Below, one piece after another: positions 16,999 to 27,568 of a DNA stretch of 64,000 nt. Position 1 is the stretch's first letter; every line of letters starts with the position of its first letter. The stretch covers positions 1,279-65,278 of the forward strand of contig DATDWX010000006.1 of the NCBI GenBank assembly GCA_036517335.1, read 5' to 3'. This stretch comes from Minisyncoccota bacterium (GTDB taxonomy: Bacteria > Patescibacteriota > Minisyncoccia > Phycocordibacterales > UBA2100). Position numbers and translations under genes: made by a program. The notes beneath the pieces were generated by a model, which saw only the letters and a list, made by a program, of their open reading frames with translations, did not search any database and was not told the DNA's origin.

Positions 16999-19350
16999 AT
17001 GCATATGCGGAACATCGCTGATTTGATCGCGCGCTGGTCGCTTATCCTTCTTGCGGGTCTCTCACCACTTTTCGTCATTCCTGCCGCATGGGCTGGCGTC
17101 GGGCAAGGGAAGGCGTTGCTCACGGTGTTGCTCGTCGCCGTGGCGCTCGTGGCGTGGCTCGGTGCCCGCCTTATGGAAGGCATCCTCCCGATCCCACGGA
17201 ATGTGATACTTTTTGCGGCCGCGCTTCTGCCGCTCGCATACTTGGTATCAGCTATTGCAGCAGGAGCTCCAGCGGATTCATATGCAAGCGGCGGAGGTGG
17301 TCAGGACACTGTCGCAGCAGCAGCGATCCTTTTTGCGATCACGGCGCTTTATGCGTGCGTGTTTTATCCGGCGGCTCCAGCACACGGGGGACAAGCAGAG
17401 GCGCGGCCTGCGCTCGCACCGTTCGTCGCTTTTTTGATCGGAGCTGGTGCGGTGATTATTTTTCAAGTACTTCGGCTCGTCATTCCTTCGTGGCTCTCAC
17501 TGAATGGCGCCATGGCAGGGAACGCGTCCTCCGTTTTCGGTAGCTGGCATGACCTTGCGATCCTTGCCGCGCTCCTCGTCTTTTTTGCGTCAGTGCTTTG
17601 GAGCTCGCCTGCGGTAGCGCGCGGGCCGTATCGGGGTCCCATCGCGCTGCTCATGCTCGTGCTCGGAATCCTCTCCTTCGCGCTCCTCATTGTGATCGGC
17701 ATGGCTGATGTATGGTACGGACTCGGTGCGCTTATGCTCCTTTGTGCCTGCTATCAATGGTGGAGCGCTCGCATGCGTGAGGGACGCCCGCACAGCGATG
17801 CGCTCCTCCGTGCCACCATCTCAATCGTAATCGGTGTCCTAGCGCTCCTCGGCGGATTCGGCGGTAGCTTCATCTACGACCATCTGCCGAAGAATTTTCA
17901 GATTTCGCAATTTGAGGTACGGCCATCATGGCAAGGGACGTACGCAATCGGCGAAAAGGTGCTGGGCGGTGGGAGCGGACTCATTTTCGGCTCTGGTCCC
18001 AACACGTTCCCCCGCGCGTGGGGACTCTTCAAGCCTGCAGGCGTGAATCAAACCGATTATTGGAACGTTGATTTTCAGACGGGTGTCGGTCTTGTGCCCA
18101 CGTCATTGGTGACGTCGGGCGTTTTGGGAGCGCTTGCCTGGGTCCTACTTCTTTGCGCACTGCTGTGGCGCGCGTGGCGCTTTGTCGCCAGCGAGAAGAG
18201 TGGCAGCACTCGTGGATTGCATAGTGCCCTGGTGGGAGGCGCGCTCTTCCTCGCCGCGTATCACATCCTCTATTCACCGGGGATCGCTGTCTCGGTATCA
18301 CTCTTTTTATTGATAGGCCTCACCCTTGCTCTTGGTATCGGCGAGCGGGAAATCCGTGCCGTGCGGATCCCTCTTGATCTCCGTGCCTACCGGGGTATGC
18401 TCGGCATCGCTGCTTTCGTCGTGGTGGCGGGTCTGATCACTCTCTCAGGGGCAAGCATCGCCCGCGCGACGACCTCGAATCTCTTTGTCGGTAAGAGCTC
18501 GCTCGACTACCAACGCGGTGGCACGCTCGCACACTCGCTCGAGCTTGTCCAGAGGGCGCTCGTGGTGTATCAGGGCAACGATATGGCGCATCGTGCGAGC
18601 GTTGAGCTAGGGCTTCTACAAATGCAGCAGCTGGTCGCATCGGGCGACGAAACGAGCGCAGATGAGCTCCAAGCGGCCCTCTCCCGCACGATCCAAGAGG
18701 GGTTGAAAGCAGTATCTATCAATTCAAGCAATTATCAGAATTGGCTTTCTCTTGCGACGCTCTATCAGAGCTTGGGTGGCGCGGGGGTTGCTGGAGCGTA
18801 TGACAATGCGCTCGCCGCCTACCAAAAAGCCGCCACCGCAAACCCCACCAATCCGATACCTTTGATCGGATCAGCGCAGATCGCGATCGCTCAAAACAAT
18901 TCCTCGTCCTCCATGAGCTATTTGGACGCTGCCGTCATTTTGAAACCCAATCTCGCCATCGCGTACTATCTGCGGTCGCAGGTGGAGGCGCGTGAGAGTC
19001 GCTTTAGCGAGGCGATAGAGGATGGAAAAATGGCTGTCTCGCTCGCGCAGCAAGACCCACTCGGCTGGTACAATCTTGGCGTTATTTTCTATACGGCGGG
19101 AGACCACCAGAGCGCGGCTCTGGCACTCCAGCAAGCGGTATCGCTGAACAACGACTACGCCAACGCCCTCTTCGTACTCTCGCTTGTCTTTGAAAAACTA
19201 GGCGATCACCCGGACGCGATCATCGCGATGCGACGGGTCGTGGCACTAAACCCCTCTGATGAGACCGCATTGCAGGCACTCGCAAACCTGGAAGCAAGCG
19301 AGGGTGCTACGTCTCCCGCAAAAACAGTAACACCCCCGAGCACGCGATGA
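16999..19350 (+). CDS. O-antigen ligase/polymerase-like (Wzy_C-type) polytopic membrane protein with C-terminal TPR repeats
   Basis: 783 aa. About 12 TM segments in the first 450 aa, then TPR-like repeats (AYQKAATANPTN..., AIAYYLRSQ..., LGWYNLGVIFY..., ANALFVLSLVFEKLGD...). Confidence 0.65.
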   Translation: MHMRNIADLIARWSLILLAGLSPLFVIPAAWAGVGQGKALLTVLLVAVALVAWLGARLMEGILPIPRNVILFAAALLPLAYLVSAIAAGAPADSYASGGGGQDTVAAAAILFAITALYACVFYPAAPAHGGQAEARPALAPFVAFLIGAGAVIIFQVLRLVIPSWLSLNGAMAGNASSVFGSWHDLAILAALLVFFASVLWSSPAVARGPYRGPIALLMLVLGILSFALLIVIGMADVWYGLGALMLLCACYQWWSARMREGRPHSDALLRATISIVIGVLALLGGFGGSFIYDHLPKNFQISQFEVRPSWQGTYAIGEKVLGGGSGLIFGSGPNTFPRAWGLFKPAGVNQTDYWNVDFQTGVGLVPTSLVTSGVLGALAWVLLLCALLWRAWRFVASEKSGSTRGLHSALVGGALFLAAYHILYSPGIAVSVSLFLLIGLTLALGIGEREIRAVRIPLDLRAYRGMLGIAAFVVVAGLITLSGASIARATTSNLFVGKSSLDYQRGGTLAHSLELVQRALVVYQGNDMAHRASVELGLLQMQQLVASGDETSADELQAALSRTIQEGLKAVSINSSNYQNWLSLATLYQSLGGAGVAGAYDNALAAYQKAATANPTNPIPLIGSAQIAIAQNNSSSSMSYLDAAVILKPNLAIAYYLRSQVEARESRFSEAIEDGKMAVSLAQQDPLGWYNLGVIFYTAGDHQSAALALQQAVSLNNDYANALFVLSLVFEKLGDHPDAIIAMRRVVALNPSDETALQALANLEASEGATSPAKTVTPPSTR

Positions 19351-21053
19351 TAGCGAGAGGACGATACCTGACCGAGGCGGCATTCCGGATGCTCGCCTCC
19401 GAGGTACTCGGGCTCCAATCAGCGGTCTACGTACTCGCGCTTTTTGCGATCCTCTCTTCCGTCCTTGCTCTCGTGCGGGATCGTCTCCTCGCGCACGCCT
19501 TTGGAGCTGGTCTCACACTCGATCTCTACAACGCCGCATTCCGCATTCCCGATCTCATTTTTGTCGGTATCGGTGCGCTCGTGTCAGTCTACATATTGAT
19601 CCCCGAACTCTCACGCCGCACAGAGGAGGAGCGCAAAACGTATATCGACACGATCATCAGCGGGTTTTCACTTCTTGCGATCGTGGTTTGTGGTGTTGCG
19701 TTTGTCTTCGCTCCGCAGGTGTTCGCCCTGTTCTTTCCCAAGCTCGCTGCGGGAGGGCAATTAGATACGCTCACGACACTCTCGCGGATCATGTTGCTCC
19801 AACCTATACTGCTGGGTTTTTCGAATATCCTTGCGGCTATCACACAGTCGCGCCACCGCTATTTTCTCTACGCACTCTCACCACTTCTCTATAATGTGGG
19901 TATTATTGTCGGGATCACGGTCTTGTATCCGATGCTTGGGATCGCTGGACTTGCCTGGGGCGTTGTCGTGGGCGCCGCCTTGCATGCCGGTATACAAGTA
20001 CCCTCTATTGTGAAAGATGGTTATTTGAAAAACATCCCGCGACTTCACGATGTCAAGGCGCTCTTCGATACCGTGGTGATTTCGATACCGCGCGCGCTCA
20101 CACTCTCGATGAACCAACTTACGTACCTTGGTCTTGCTATTTTCGCCGGACTGCTCGCGCCCGGCTCGATCGCGATCTTTACCTTTGCATTCAATTTACA
20201 GGCAGTGCCCCTTTCGATCATTGGTGCTTCATATTCAGTCGCCGCGTTTCCGACACTCGCGGCAGCTCTCGCGAGGGGTGAGCGAAGCGCCTTTATCTCC
20301 CATGTCGGGACCGCAGCGCGGCACGTTGTCTTCTGGTCGCTGCCCACAGTGGCGCTCATGATCATTTTGCGAGCGCATGTGGTGCGAGTGATACTTGGCT
20401 CCGGCGCTTTTACATGGACTGATACGCGCCTTACGGCAGCGGCCTTTGCCCTCTTTTCACTCTCGCTCGTTGCGCAAGGCTTGATGCTCCTGATCGTGCG
20501 CGCGTACTATGCCGCTGGGCGCACATTTATCCCGTTTTTTGTGGCTGCGCTTGTCGCGGCAGCGACGCTCATTCTGGCTGCAGCAACGGTAGGCGCGCTC
20601 AACATCCCGTTCGTCCTTCACTTCACCGAGGTGATCCTGCGCGTGGTGGATGTGCCGGGTACGGGCGTCCTTGCGCTCGCATTTGCGTATGCGATCGTCT
20701 CTGTTGCCGGGACGATCCTGCTCCTCATACATTTTGAGCGCCGGTTCGGTGGATTTTTGAGATCAGTGCTCCCATCATGGGGTCAGAGCCTCCTTGCTGC
20801 GCTTGCATGTGGGGCCGCCACCTACGGCGTCTTGCAACTTGTGGGACCGATCACGCTCTCTTCGACGTTGCTCACGGTGTTTGTGCGCGGATTCACCGCA
20901 GGGGCCGTGGGTATCGCCACCTGCGCTGCTGCGTATCATCTGCTTGGTAGTCGCGAATATGGGGAAACCATGGCCACGATCCGCGGACGTTTACAGCGCG
21001 CGCCGCTTCCCCCATCGGTCGTCACTGCGGCCGAGGAGCAGGCAGTGCCGTGA
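19347..21053 (+). CDS. murJ: Lipid II flippase MurJ (MviN)
   Basis: 568 aa, polytopic. MurJ-like blocks (DAFxxAFRIPDLIF, LSxxxLLQP) and 14 TM segments. It is translationally coupled to the upstream gene (ATGA overlap). Confidence 0.85.
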   Translation: MIARGRYLTEAAFRMLASEVLGLQSAVYVLALFAILSSVLALVRDRLLAHAFGAGLTLDLYNAAFRIPDLIFVGIGALVSVYILIPELSRRTEEERKTYIDTIISGFSLLAIVVCGVAFVFAPQVFALFFPKLAAGGQLDTLTTLSRIMLLQPILLGFSNILAAITQSRHRYFLYALSPLLYNVGIIVGITVLYPMLGIAGLAWGVVVGAALHAGIQVPSIVKDGYLKNIPRLHDVKALFDTVVISIPRALTLSMNQLTYLGLAIFAGLLAPGSIAIFTFAFNLQAVPLSIIGASYSVAAFPTLAAALARGERSAFISHVGTAARHVVFWSLPTVALMIILRAHVVRVILGSGAFTWTDTRLTAAAFALFSLSLVAQGLMLLIVRAYYAAGRTFIPFFVAALVAAATLILAAATVGALNIPFVLHFTEVILRVVDVPGTGVLALAFAYAIVSVAGTILLLIHFERRFGGFLRSVLPSWGQSLLAALACGAATYGVLQLVGPITLSSTLLTVFVRGFTAGAVGIATCAAAYHLLGSREYGETMATIRGRLQRAPLPPSVVTAAEEQAVP

Positions 21054-21146
21054 TGTCAGGTAGTCATTAGAGAGCGGCTAGGGTAGAGTGGTGCGATGCA
21101 AATCAGCCCCGTAAAAGCGCATGCGCTCACGGGGTAAAAAATTTTT

Positions 21147-22925
21147 ATGAACATTCGGAACTTCAGCATCATCGCGCATATCGATCATGGTAAATCCACT
21201 CTCGCCGACCGGATGCTTGAACTCACCGGCACTATAGAACCGCGACGAATGCAGGAACAAGTGCTCGACCGGATGGACCTTGAGCGTGAACGGGGAATTA
21301 CCATAAAAATGGCGCCCGTGCGCATGCAGTGGAAAAAAGGTGGCGAGGAATATATTCTCAACTTGATCGATACTCCAGGGCATGTGGACTTTTCATACGA
21401 AGTTTCTCGCGCGCTTACCGCCGTAGAAGGAGTGATCTTGCTCGTTGATTCCACACAGGGGGTGGAGGCGCAGACCTTGAGTGTGCTCTCCGTCGCCCGG
21501 GCGCTTGATCGCGTTGTCATCCCGGTCGTCTCCAAGATAGATGCACCGCACGCACGCGTGGCAGAAACGAAAGCAGAACTCGCGCGCCTCCTCGGATGTC
21601 CCGAATCCGAAGTGCTCGGCGCTTCGGGGAAAACGGGTGAGGGAGTGAGTGAGATTCTTGATGCGATCGTCGCGCGCATTCCCGCTCCTACGGCAGATTC
21701 GAGCGATCCGCAAGGGCTCATTTTCGATTTTGGTTACTCCGAGCATCGCGGCATCATCGTGTACCTGCGCGTCTTTGGTGGCTCGTTTGCAAAGGGGGAT
21801 AAATTGCGTTTCGTGGCGGCGAACGCGGATTTTACTGCGCTTGAAGTGGGTGTGCTCATTCCTGATGAGAAGGCGTACCCTCGGCTTGCCGAGGGAGAAA
21901 TAGGCTACATCGTAACCGGTATCAAAAAACCAGGCATCGCCTCCGTGGGAGACACGATCACGTCAGTCAAACATCCGGCCTCCACCATGCACGGGTATTC
22001 CAAACCCACCCCGGTCATATGGGCGAGCGTGTATCCAGAATCACAAGATGACCTCCTTCTCCTGCGCCAGTCGCTCGACAAGCTCCGCCTTTCGGACTCG
22101 TCGCTTTCATACGAAGAAGAAAGCTCCGGCGTTATGGGTAGGGGATTCCGCTGCGGATTCTTAGGCATGCTTCACCTTGAGATCATCATCGAACGATTGC
22201 GCCGCGAATTTAATCTCGATCTTGTGGTCACGCAGCCGACGACCGTATATGAGATCACCAAGATGAATGGCACAGTCGAGAATATCTACGCGCCAGCGCG
22301 TTTTCCCGACGAGGGGCAAGCAAAACTCGTGCGCGAAATGTGGGCATCCATCGCGCTCATCACGCCGCCTGCATACATCGGTGCGCTCTCGAAGCTCCTC
22401 TATGACCACGAGGCAGAGGTGGGAGATACCGAGACGTTGCCCGATGGCAAGGTGTGTCTCAATGCGAAGATGCCACTGCGTGAACTTATGCGCGGATTTT
22501 TTGACCGGCTCAAGAGCGCATCTTCAGGATTCGCCTCACTTTCGTATGAATTGATCGGTATGCGTGATGCCAATTGCGTCCGGCTCGATATCCTTGTCGC
22601 CGAGGAGTCGGTGCCAGCATTCGCGCGCATCGTGAGCAAGCGGCGTCTCCAGACGGAGGCAGAGGCGCTCGTGGAAAAGCTGGAGCAGCTCTTACCCAAG
22701 CAGATGTTTGAGCTCAAGATCCAAGCGAAAGCCGACGGCCGCATTCTCGCCTCGCGTCGCAAATCGGCGATGAAGAAAGACGTGACGCAGCACATGTACG
22801 GCGGCGACATCACGCGTAAGATGAAACTCCGCGAGAAGCAAAAAAAGGGGAAAAAGAAAATGCTTGCGCGCGGTAAGGTGGATATCCCGCACGAAGTGTT
22901 TTTGAAAGTAGTACGCGAATCCTAA
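21147..22925 (+). CDS. lepA: Elongation factor 4 (LepA)
   Basis: 592 aa beginning IRNFSIIAHIDHGKSTLADR, with GTPase motifs DTPGHVDF and the LepA-specific C-terminal domain. Confidence 0.95.
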   Translation: MNIRNFSIIAHIDHGKSTLADRMLELTGTIEPRRMQEQVLDRMDLERERGITIKMAPVRMQWKKGGEEYILNLIDTPGHVDFSYEVSRALTAVEGVILLVDSTQGVEAQTLSVLSVARALDRVVIPVVSKIDAPHARVAETKAELARLLGCPESEVLGASGKTGEGVSEILDAIVARIPAPTADSSDPQGLIFDFGYSEHRGIIVYLRVFGGSFAKGDKLRFVAANADFTALEVGVLIPDEKAYPRLAEGEIGYIVTGIKKPGIASVGDTITSVKHPASTMHGYSKPTPVIWASVYPESQDDLLLLRQSLDKLRLSDSSLSYEEESSGVMGRGFRCGFLGMLHLEIIIERLRREFNLDLVVTQPTTVYEITKMNGTVENIYAPARFPDEGQAKLVREMWASIALITPPAYIGALSKLLYDHEAEVGDTETLPDGKVCLNAKMPLRELMRGFFDRLKSASSGFASLSYELIGMRDANCVRLDILVAEESVPAFARIVSKRRLQTEAEALVEKLEQLLPKQMFELKIQAKADGRILASRRKSAMKKDVTQHMYGGDITRKMKLREKQKKGKKKMLARGKVDIPHEVFLKVVRES

Positions 22926-23163
22926 CCGAAGATATTCAGCAATCCGCCCGAGAAGAAAAAGACCATGCCAAGACTTACGAGAACGGCGACAACGCCCCAG
23001 ACCCACTGCATGATCTTTCTTGTTCGTTTGTGAAATAGGAAGCTCATAGTTTTGCTCGGGAAATGTTTTTTGCCGTCGCTGTCTGGCGCTGCTGCGCCAG
23101 CGCTGCCTCTCGGCTCGTCAGCCTGCGAGACACGGCAAAAAACATTTCCGCTCGCCCCTCAGG

Positions 23164-23559
23164 TTGGTGGTACGATTATACCCTATGGCTGCATTACGCG
23201 AAAGGAACAGTCCTCTGCGTCTGATGGGCCGCCGTCTTATTTTGGTCGCACTCCTCATCTTGGCGATCAGCGCGTCGTGGGGAGTGTGGAATATCTACCA
23301 CAAAGATCGTGAATCGGCTCGGCTCAACAAGGAGGCGCAAACCCAGCTGGCCGACCTTAGAACTCGGCAAACGAAATTGGAAGCCGACCTCGGCAGATTG
23401 CAGACCAACCGCGGCGTGGAAGCAGCGCTCCGCGCGCAATATGGGCTCGGGAGGGATGGCGAGGGCCTCATCGTCATCGTGGAGCCTGAAAGGCCAGCAC
23501 CAGTACAGGCTACTTCGTCCGCCCTGCAGTGGCTGAAGGATATTTTTTGGCATTTGTGA
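23164..23559 (+). CDS. Septum formation initiator family protein (FtsB/DivIC-like); start uncertain
   Basis: Single TM segment followed by a coiled-coil (AQTQLADLRTRQTKLEADLGRLQ) and the RAQYGLGRDGE tail typical of the FtsB/DivIC family. Confidence 0.5.
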   Translation: MVVRLYPMAALRERNSPLRLMGRRLILVALLILAISASWGVWNIYHKDRESARLNKEAQTQLADLRTRQTKLEADLGRLQTNRGVEAALRAQYGLGRDGEGLIVIVEPERPAPVQATSSALQWLKDIFWHL

Positions 23560-23630
23560 TGCGCACCCTTTGTCTCATCACATAATACGTATCATTGGCC
23601 GGGGGGGGGCGCAATGTGCTATAAAGCTCG

Positions 23631-25193
23631 GTGATGCAGAAAATAATTGCCCTTTTCTCTGGACGGTTTGTGTGGGGTTTGGCCGTCGTTATTGTGGTGG
23701 CTGGGGGCGCATGGTATCTCTTTGCCGCTCGCGCGAATTCCGACCTGCAAACCCTCGTAGTACGTCCTGTCGACTTCGCCGAGTTGGTAGCTGTATCGGG
23801 CTCGGTCGTTGCGGCGCACGATGTGGATCTGGGGTTTGCGCAGAGCGGACGCATCACTGGAGTGTACGCACCGGTAGGCGCGCACGTTGGTGCCGGGACA
23901 CTTTTGGCGCAAACGGAGAATGGTGATCTGCGCGCGACCCTTGCCCAAAAAAAAGCTGCACTGCAATCGCAGCAGGCAAAGCTCGCATCGCTGAAGAGTG
24001 GTACGCGTCCCGAAGAGCTTGCCGTTTCGCGCGCGACGGTGGCGAGCGATGAAGCCGCGCTTGAGCAGGCAAAAGCGGGTGTTGTGAACGCGATACGAAC
24101 AGCCTACACCCAATCCGATGATGCCATCCACAATAAAGTAGACCAATTTTTCAATGATCCCCGCAGTGGACTCCCGAAGCTCTCTTTCTCCACGGGAGCA
24201 CAGGCAGAGATCACTCTCGCAAATGATCGCGCCGCTATGGAGGCGCTTCTATCGGAATGGCAAAAGCATGTGAGCGGGCTCTCCGCTGCGAGCGATCTTC
24301 CGCCTTCGCAAGCGGAGGCGCAGACTAATCTCGCGAGGATCAGCACATTCTTGTCGGACACCAACGCGGTTTTAAACAACACCACATCGAGCTCGGTGAG
24401 CCAGGCCACCATAGCGGGTTACATTACTGATGTTGCGACCGCGCGCGCGAATCTCAACACGGCGTCCGGTGCACTCACGACAGCGATAAGTACTCAATCA
24501 GCTGCTATCACGCTTCTTGACCGTGATAAGAAGTCTCTCGCGCTCAAGCTCGCTGGCACGACAGCTGACGATATTGCGGAGCAAGAGGCACTGGTCGCAG
24601 CCGCCGCAGCCGAGGTGGAGAGTGCGCAGGCGCAGCTAAGCAAAACCATCATCACCGCACCCTTTACCGGCACGATAACGCGCATGGACGCCAAGGTTGG
24701 GGAGATTACTTCACCGACCGAACCGCACATATCCATGATCTCCGACGGACTTTTCCAGATAGACTGTTACATTCCCGAGGTAGAAATAGCGAATCTTGCG
24801 GTCGGGAATGCTGCCACGACCACGCTCGATGCCTATGGTGCGGAGACCTTCTTTCGCGCAAAGATCGTCGCAATAGACCCCGCAGAGACGGAGGTCGGTG
24901 GCGTGTCCACGTACAAAACAACGCTCCAATTCCTCGCACCCGACCCGCGTATTCGCCAGGGAATGACGGCGAGCGTGGTTATCACGACCCGCGAGATCGA
25001 GGGTGCGCTCGTGGTGCCGCAGGGCGCAGTGTTCCAGAAAAACGGTCATGCGATGATCCAGCTCTTGCGCGCGGGCACGCCTGAAGACGTAGTCGTGCAG
25101 ACAGGTGCATCTTCGTCTGTCGGCAACGTACAGATCATCTCTGGTCTGCAAGACGGGGACACAGTCATTCTCAATCCCGATACGTCACTCTGA
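23631..25193 (+). CDS. Efflux transporter periplasmic adaptor (HlyD/membrane-fusion protein family)
   Basis: 520 aa with an N-terminal TM segment, a long coiled-coil, and biotinyl/lipoyl-like and beta-barrel segments (ITAPFTGTITRMDAKVGE). It lies upstream of the ABC permease and ATPase. Confidence 0.7.
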   Translation: MMQKIIALFSGRFVWGLAVVIVVAGGAWYLFAARANSDLQTLVVRPVDFAELVAVSGSVVAAHDVDLGFAQSGRITGVYAPVGAHVGAGTLLAQTENGDLRATLAQKKAALQSQQAKLASLKSGTRPEELAVSRATVASDEAALEQAKAGVVNAIRTAYTQSDDAIHNKVDQFFNDPRSGLPKLSFSTGAQAEITLANDRAAMEALLSEWQKHVSGLSAASDLPPSQAEAQTNLARISTFLSDTNAVLNNTTSSSVSQATIAGYITDVATARANLNTASGALTTAISTQSAAITLLDRDKKSLALKLAGTTADDIAEQEALVAAAAAEVESAQAQLSKTIITAPFTGTITRMDAKVGEITSPTEPHISMISDGLFQIDCYIPEVEIANLAVGNAATTTLDAYGAETFFRAKIVAIDPAETEVGGVSTYKTTLQFLAPDPRIRQGMTASVVITTREIEGALVVPQGAVFQKNGHAMIQLLRAGTPEDVVVQTGASSSVGNVQIISGLQDGDTVILNPDTSL

Positions 25194-25199
25194 TCGACT

Positions 25200-26462
25200 A
25201 TGTTTACGCCGCTCGATGCAAAGGTCGGCTGGTATCTTGCACAGCGGCAAGTGAAGCGTGCCAGCCGGTGGACGACCGGACTCGTCGTATTCGTGATGGT
25301 GCTGACCTTCCTTAACCTTGTCGTTGTGACGGGCATTTTGGTCGGACTCATCCAAGGCATCTCCAATCTATACAGAGAACAACAAACAGGCGATGTGATA
25401 GTGACAACACTAAACAGTAAGAATTACATCGAAAGCAGTCAGCAGATCATAAGCTTCATTCGCGAACTTCCGCAGGTGGAGCGACTGTCTGCGCGCTACC
25501 TCGCTGGCGGTACACTGGAAGCCAATTACAAAACGCGCACTGACCAGAGTGAAAAGGCAAACCAAACAGGCGCGAATGTGTTTGGTGTAGATACCGTCGC
25601 GGAAGACGCATTTTCCAAACTTGGATCGTACGTGGGCGAAGGCAGTTATTTGGATCCCAACGACTATGACCAGGTGCTCATCGGATCGCAGCTCATTGAC
25701 CGCTATTCTTTCGGTGGCGACGTACCTGGACTCACGCCGCTCAAGGACATCCATCCGGGCAGCAAGATAAGAGTGACGATCAACGGCTCGACGCGTGAGA
25801 TGACCGTAAAGGGAATCATCGTTACCACGGCGAATTCACCGCTGGCGGTCGGCGTCTTTATGCCAGAGGGCGAGGTGCGCGAACTCATGGGGCGTACGGA
25901 TTTCAATGTCAATCAGATCGCGATCCGTCTCAAATCCGGCGTGGATCCTGCGGCGTTCCGCGATCTCCTGAAACGCAGCGGTGTTGCGCGCGTGGCGAGC
26001 GTGCAGACTTTTGAAGACGCTATCCCCAATGGCGTGGAAGAGATCAAGCAAACGTTCGCCATGCTCGGCAACGCCATCAGCTCGGTCGGGCTTGTCGTCG
26101 CTTCCATCACCATTTTTATCGTTATTTTCATCAACGCCGTCACGCGCCGCAAATTTATCGGTATCTTAAAGGGCATCGGTATCAGCGGTGAGGCGATCGA
26201 GCTCTCCTACATGTTCCAGTCGCTCTTTTATGCGCTCATCGGCTCTGCTATTGGCCTTGCGATCCTCTACGGCTTTCTCGTGCCGTATATTTCGGCGCAT
26301 CCGATCGTGCTCCCCATAAGCAACGTCATTCTCGTTGCGCCGCTTCCCGACACCTTTGTGCGCATCGCGCTCTTGGTTGCCGCGACCGTGATCGCCGGAT
26401 ATATTCCGGCGCGCATGATCGTGCGCAAGAATACGCTTGAGTCTATTCTCGGAAGAAATTAA
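25200..26462 (+). CDS. ABC transporter permease, FtsX/MacB-type
   Basis: 420 aa: N-terminal TM segment, large periplasmic domain, then three C-terminal TM segments (the FtsX-like fold). Confidence 0.8.
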   Translation: MFTPLDAKVGWYLAQRQVKRASRWTTGLVVFVMVLTFLNLVVVTGILVGLIQGISNLYREQQTGDVIVTTLNSKNYIESSQQIISFIRELPQVERLSARYLAGGTLEANYKTRTDQSEKANQTGANVFGVDTVAEDAFSKLGSYVGEGSYLDPNDYDQVLIGSQLIDRYSFGGDVPGLTPLKDIHPGSKIRVTINGSTREMTVKGIIVTTANSPLAVGVFMPEGEVRELMGRTDFNVNQIAIRLKSGVDPAAFRDLLKRSGVARVASVQTFEDAIPNGVEEIKQTFAMLGNAISSVGLVVASITIFIVIFINAVTRRKFIGILKGIGISGEAIELSYMFQSLFYALIGSAIGLAILYGFLVPYISAHPIVLPISNVILVAPLPDTFVRIALLVAATVIAGYIPARMIVRKNTLESILGRN

Positions 26463-26464
26463 TT

Positions 26465-27130
26465 ATGGCTACGATCGAAGTGAAGAATTTGGTCAAGACG
26501 TTTGGGACCGGTGAGCTCGAAACCAAGGTCTTGAAGGGCATTAATCTCTCCATCAAGAAAGGTGAGTGGGTCGCGATCATGGGTAGAAGCGGCGCAGGCA
26601 AATCCACGCTCATGTATCAAATGAGCCTGCTCGATGATCCGACAAGCGGTGAAGTGATCATCGAGGGCCAGGCGACGTCAGAGATGTCTGATCGCGAGAA
26701 GATCCGCATGCGCCTCTTCAAATTCGGTTATGTATTCCAGGATTACGCTCTTTTGCCGGAGCTTACCGCACTCGAGAATGTGGTGTTGCCACTTTTGATG
26801 GAAAAGTACTCACGCGCGGATGCCATCCAGCATGCCGAGGGGGCGCTGAAGAAAGTCGGACTTGGCCACCGCTTCCCCAACCTCCCGAGCCAACTCTCCG
26901 GCGGTGAGCAGCAGCGGGTCTCGGTGGCGCGGGCGATCGCCGAGACGCCCGACATCCTCTTTGCCGACGAGCCCACCGCCAATTTGGACAGAGAATCCTC
27001 CCAAACGGTAATGGACATTTTCAGCGCCCTGCACACAGAAGGTCAAACCATCATCATGGTGACGCACGAAGAGGAATACGGCCGCCTCGCCGACCGCACC
27101 ATCCAGCTCGACGACGGCAGGATCGTTTAG
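26465..27130 (+). CDS. ABC transporter ATP-binding protein (MacB/LolD-type)
   Basis: Walker [10 protein letters not shown], signature [14 protein letters not shown], Walker B ILFADEPT. Confidence 0.9.
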   Translation: MATIEVKNLVKTFGTGELETKVLKGINLSIKKGEWVAIMGRSGAGKSTLMYQMSLLDDPTSGEVIIEGQATSEMSDREKIRMRLFKFGYVFQDYALLPELTALENVVLPLLMEKYSRADAIQHAEGALKKVGLGHRFPNLPSQLSGGEQQRVSVARAIAETPDILFADEPTANLDRESSQTVMDIFSALHTEGQTIIMVTHEEEYGRLADRTIQLDDGRIV

Positions 27131-27140
27131 GGTGCGCCGC

Positions 27141-27284
27141 CTACTTTTTGATAATTGGAGTAAAGTCGGACCACTGCTCGATACGGAACGCGCGGATGTC
27201 TCGCACCGACGGCGCGAACCACGCAAGTGCTTTCAATGCCATGATTGCCTGAAACAAATTCGCCAGGTCTTCGCTTTTGAACAT
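27141..27284 (-). CDS. Hypothetical small protein (47 aa)
   Basis: Minus-strand ORF (MFKSEDLANLFQAIMALKALAWFAPSVRDIRAFRIEQWSDFTPIIKK) found by manual translation. It sits adjacent to the DUF4926-like ORF. Confidence 0.25.
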   Translation of the reverse strand: MFKSEDLANLFQAIMALKALAWFAPSVRDIRAFRIEQWSDFTPIIKK

Positions 27285-27286
27285 GA

Positions 27287-27478
27287 TTATTCGATAGGAT
27301 CTTGGAGAATATCGACAATCGGATAAGCCGTCAGCTCACCAGTTTCGATTACGCGGATCATCACAGAGGAATCGTCAACCGGCCTCACCACTTCATACAG
27401 CACACCCTTGGCCCCGAATCGGTGTACGCTACCTACGAGTGATTGCGAAGAAACTCTCTCGCGTACTTCAACTTTCAT
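27287..27478 (-). CDS. Hypothetical small protein, DUF4926-like
   Basis: 63 aa (KVEVRERV...GAKGVLYEVV...VMIRVIETGELTAYPI), with a pattern like DUF4926 small proteins. Confidence 0.3.
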   Translation of the reverse strand: MKVEVRERVSSQSLVGSVHRFGAKGVLYEVVRPVDDSSVMIRVIETGELTAYPIVDILQDPIE

Positions 27479-27568
27479 GATCGAATTGTATCATCTGCAC
27501 ATCCCTCCGCAATGCCATATCGGCACCAGTTTGGCACACGGGAGTGGGAGATATAGAATTGAGCCCTT

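Noticed and set aside
23631-27130. HlyD-FtsX-ATPase trio, considered as a possible novel secretion or defence system
   Set aside because: The architecture matches the ordinary MacAB-like tripartite efflux or peptide exporter lacking the outer-membrane component. Nothing unusual is visible in the sequence.
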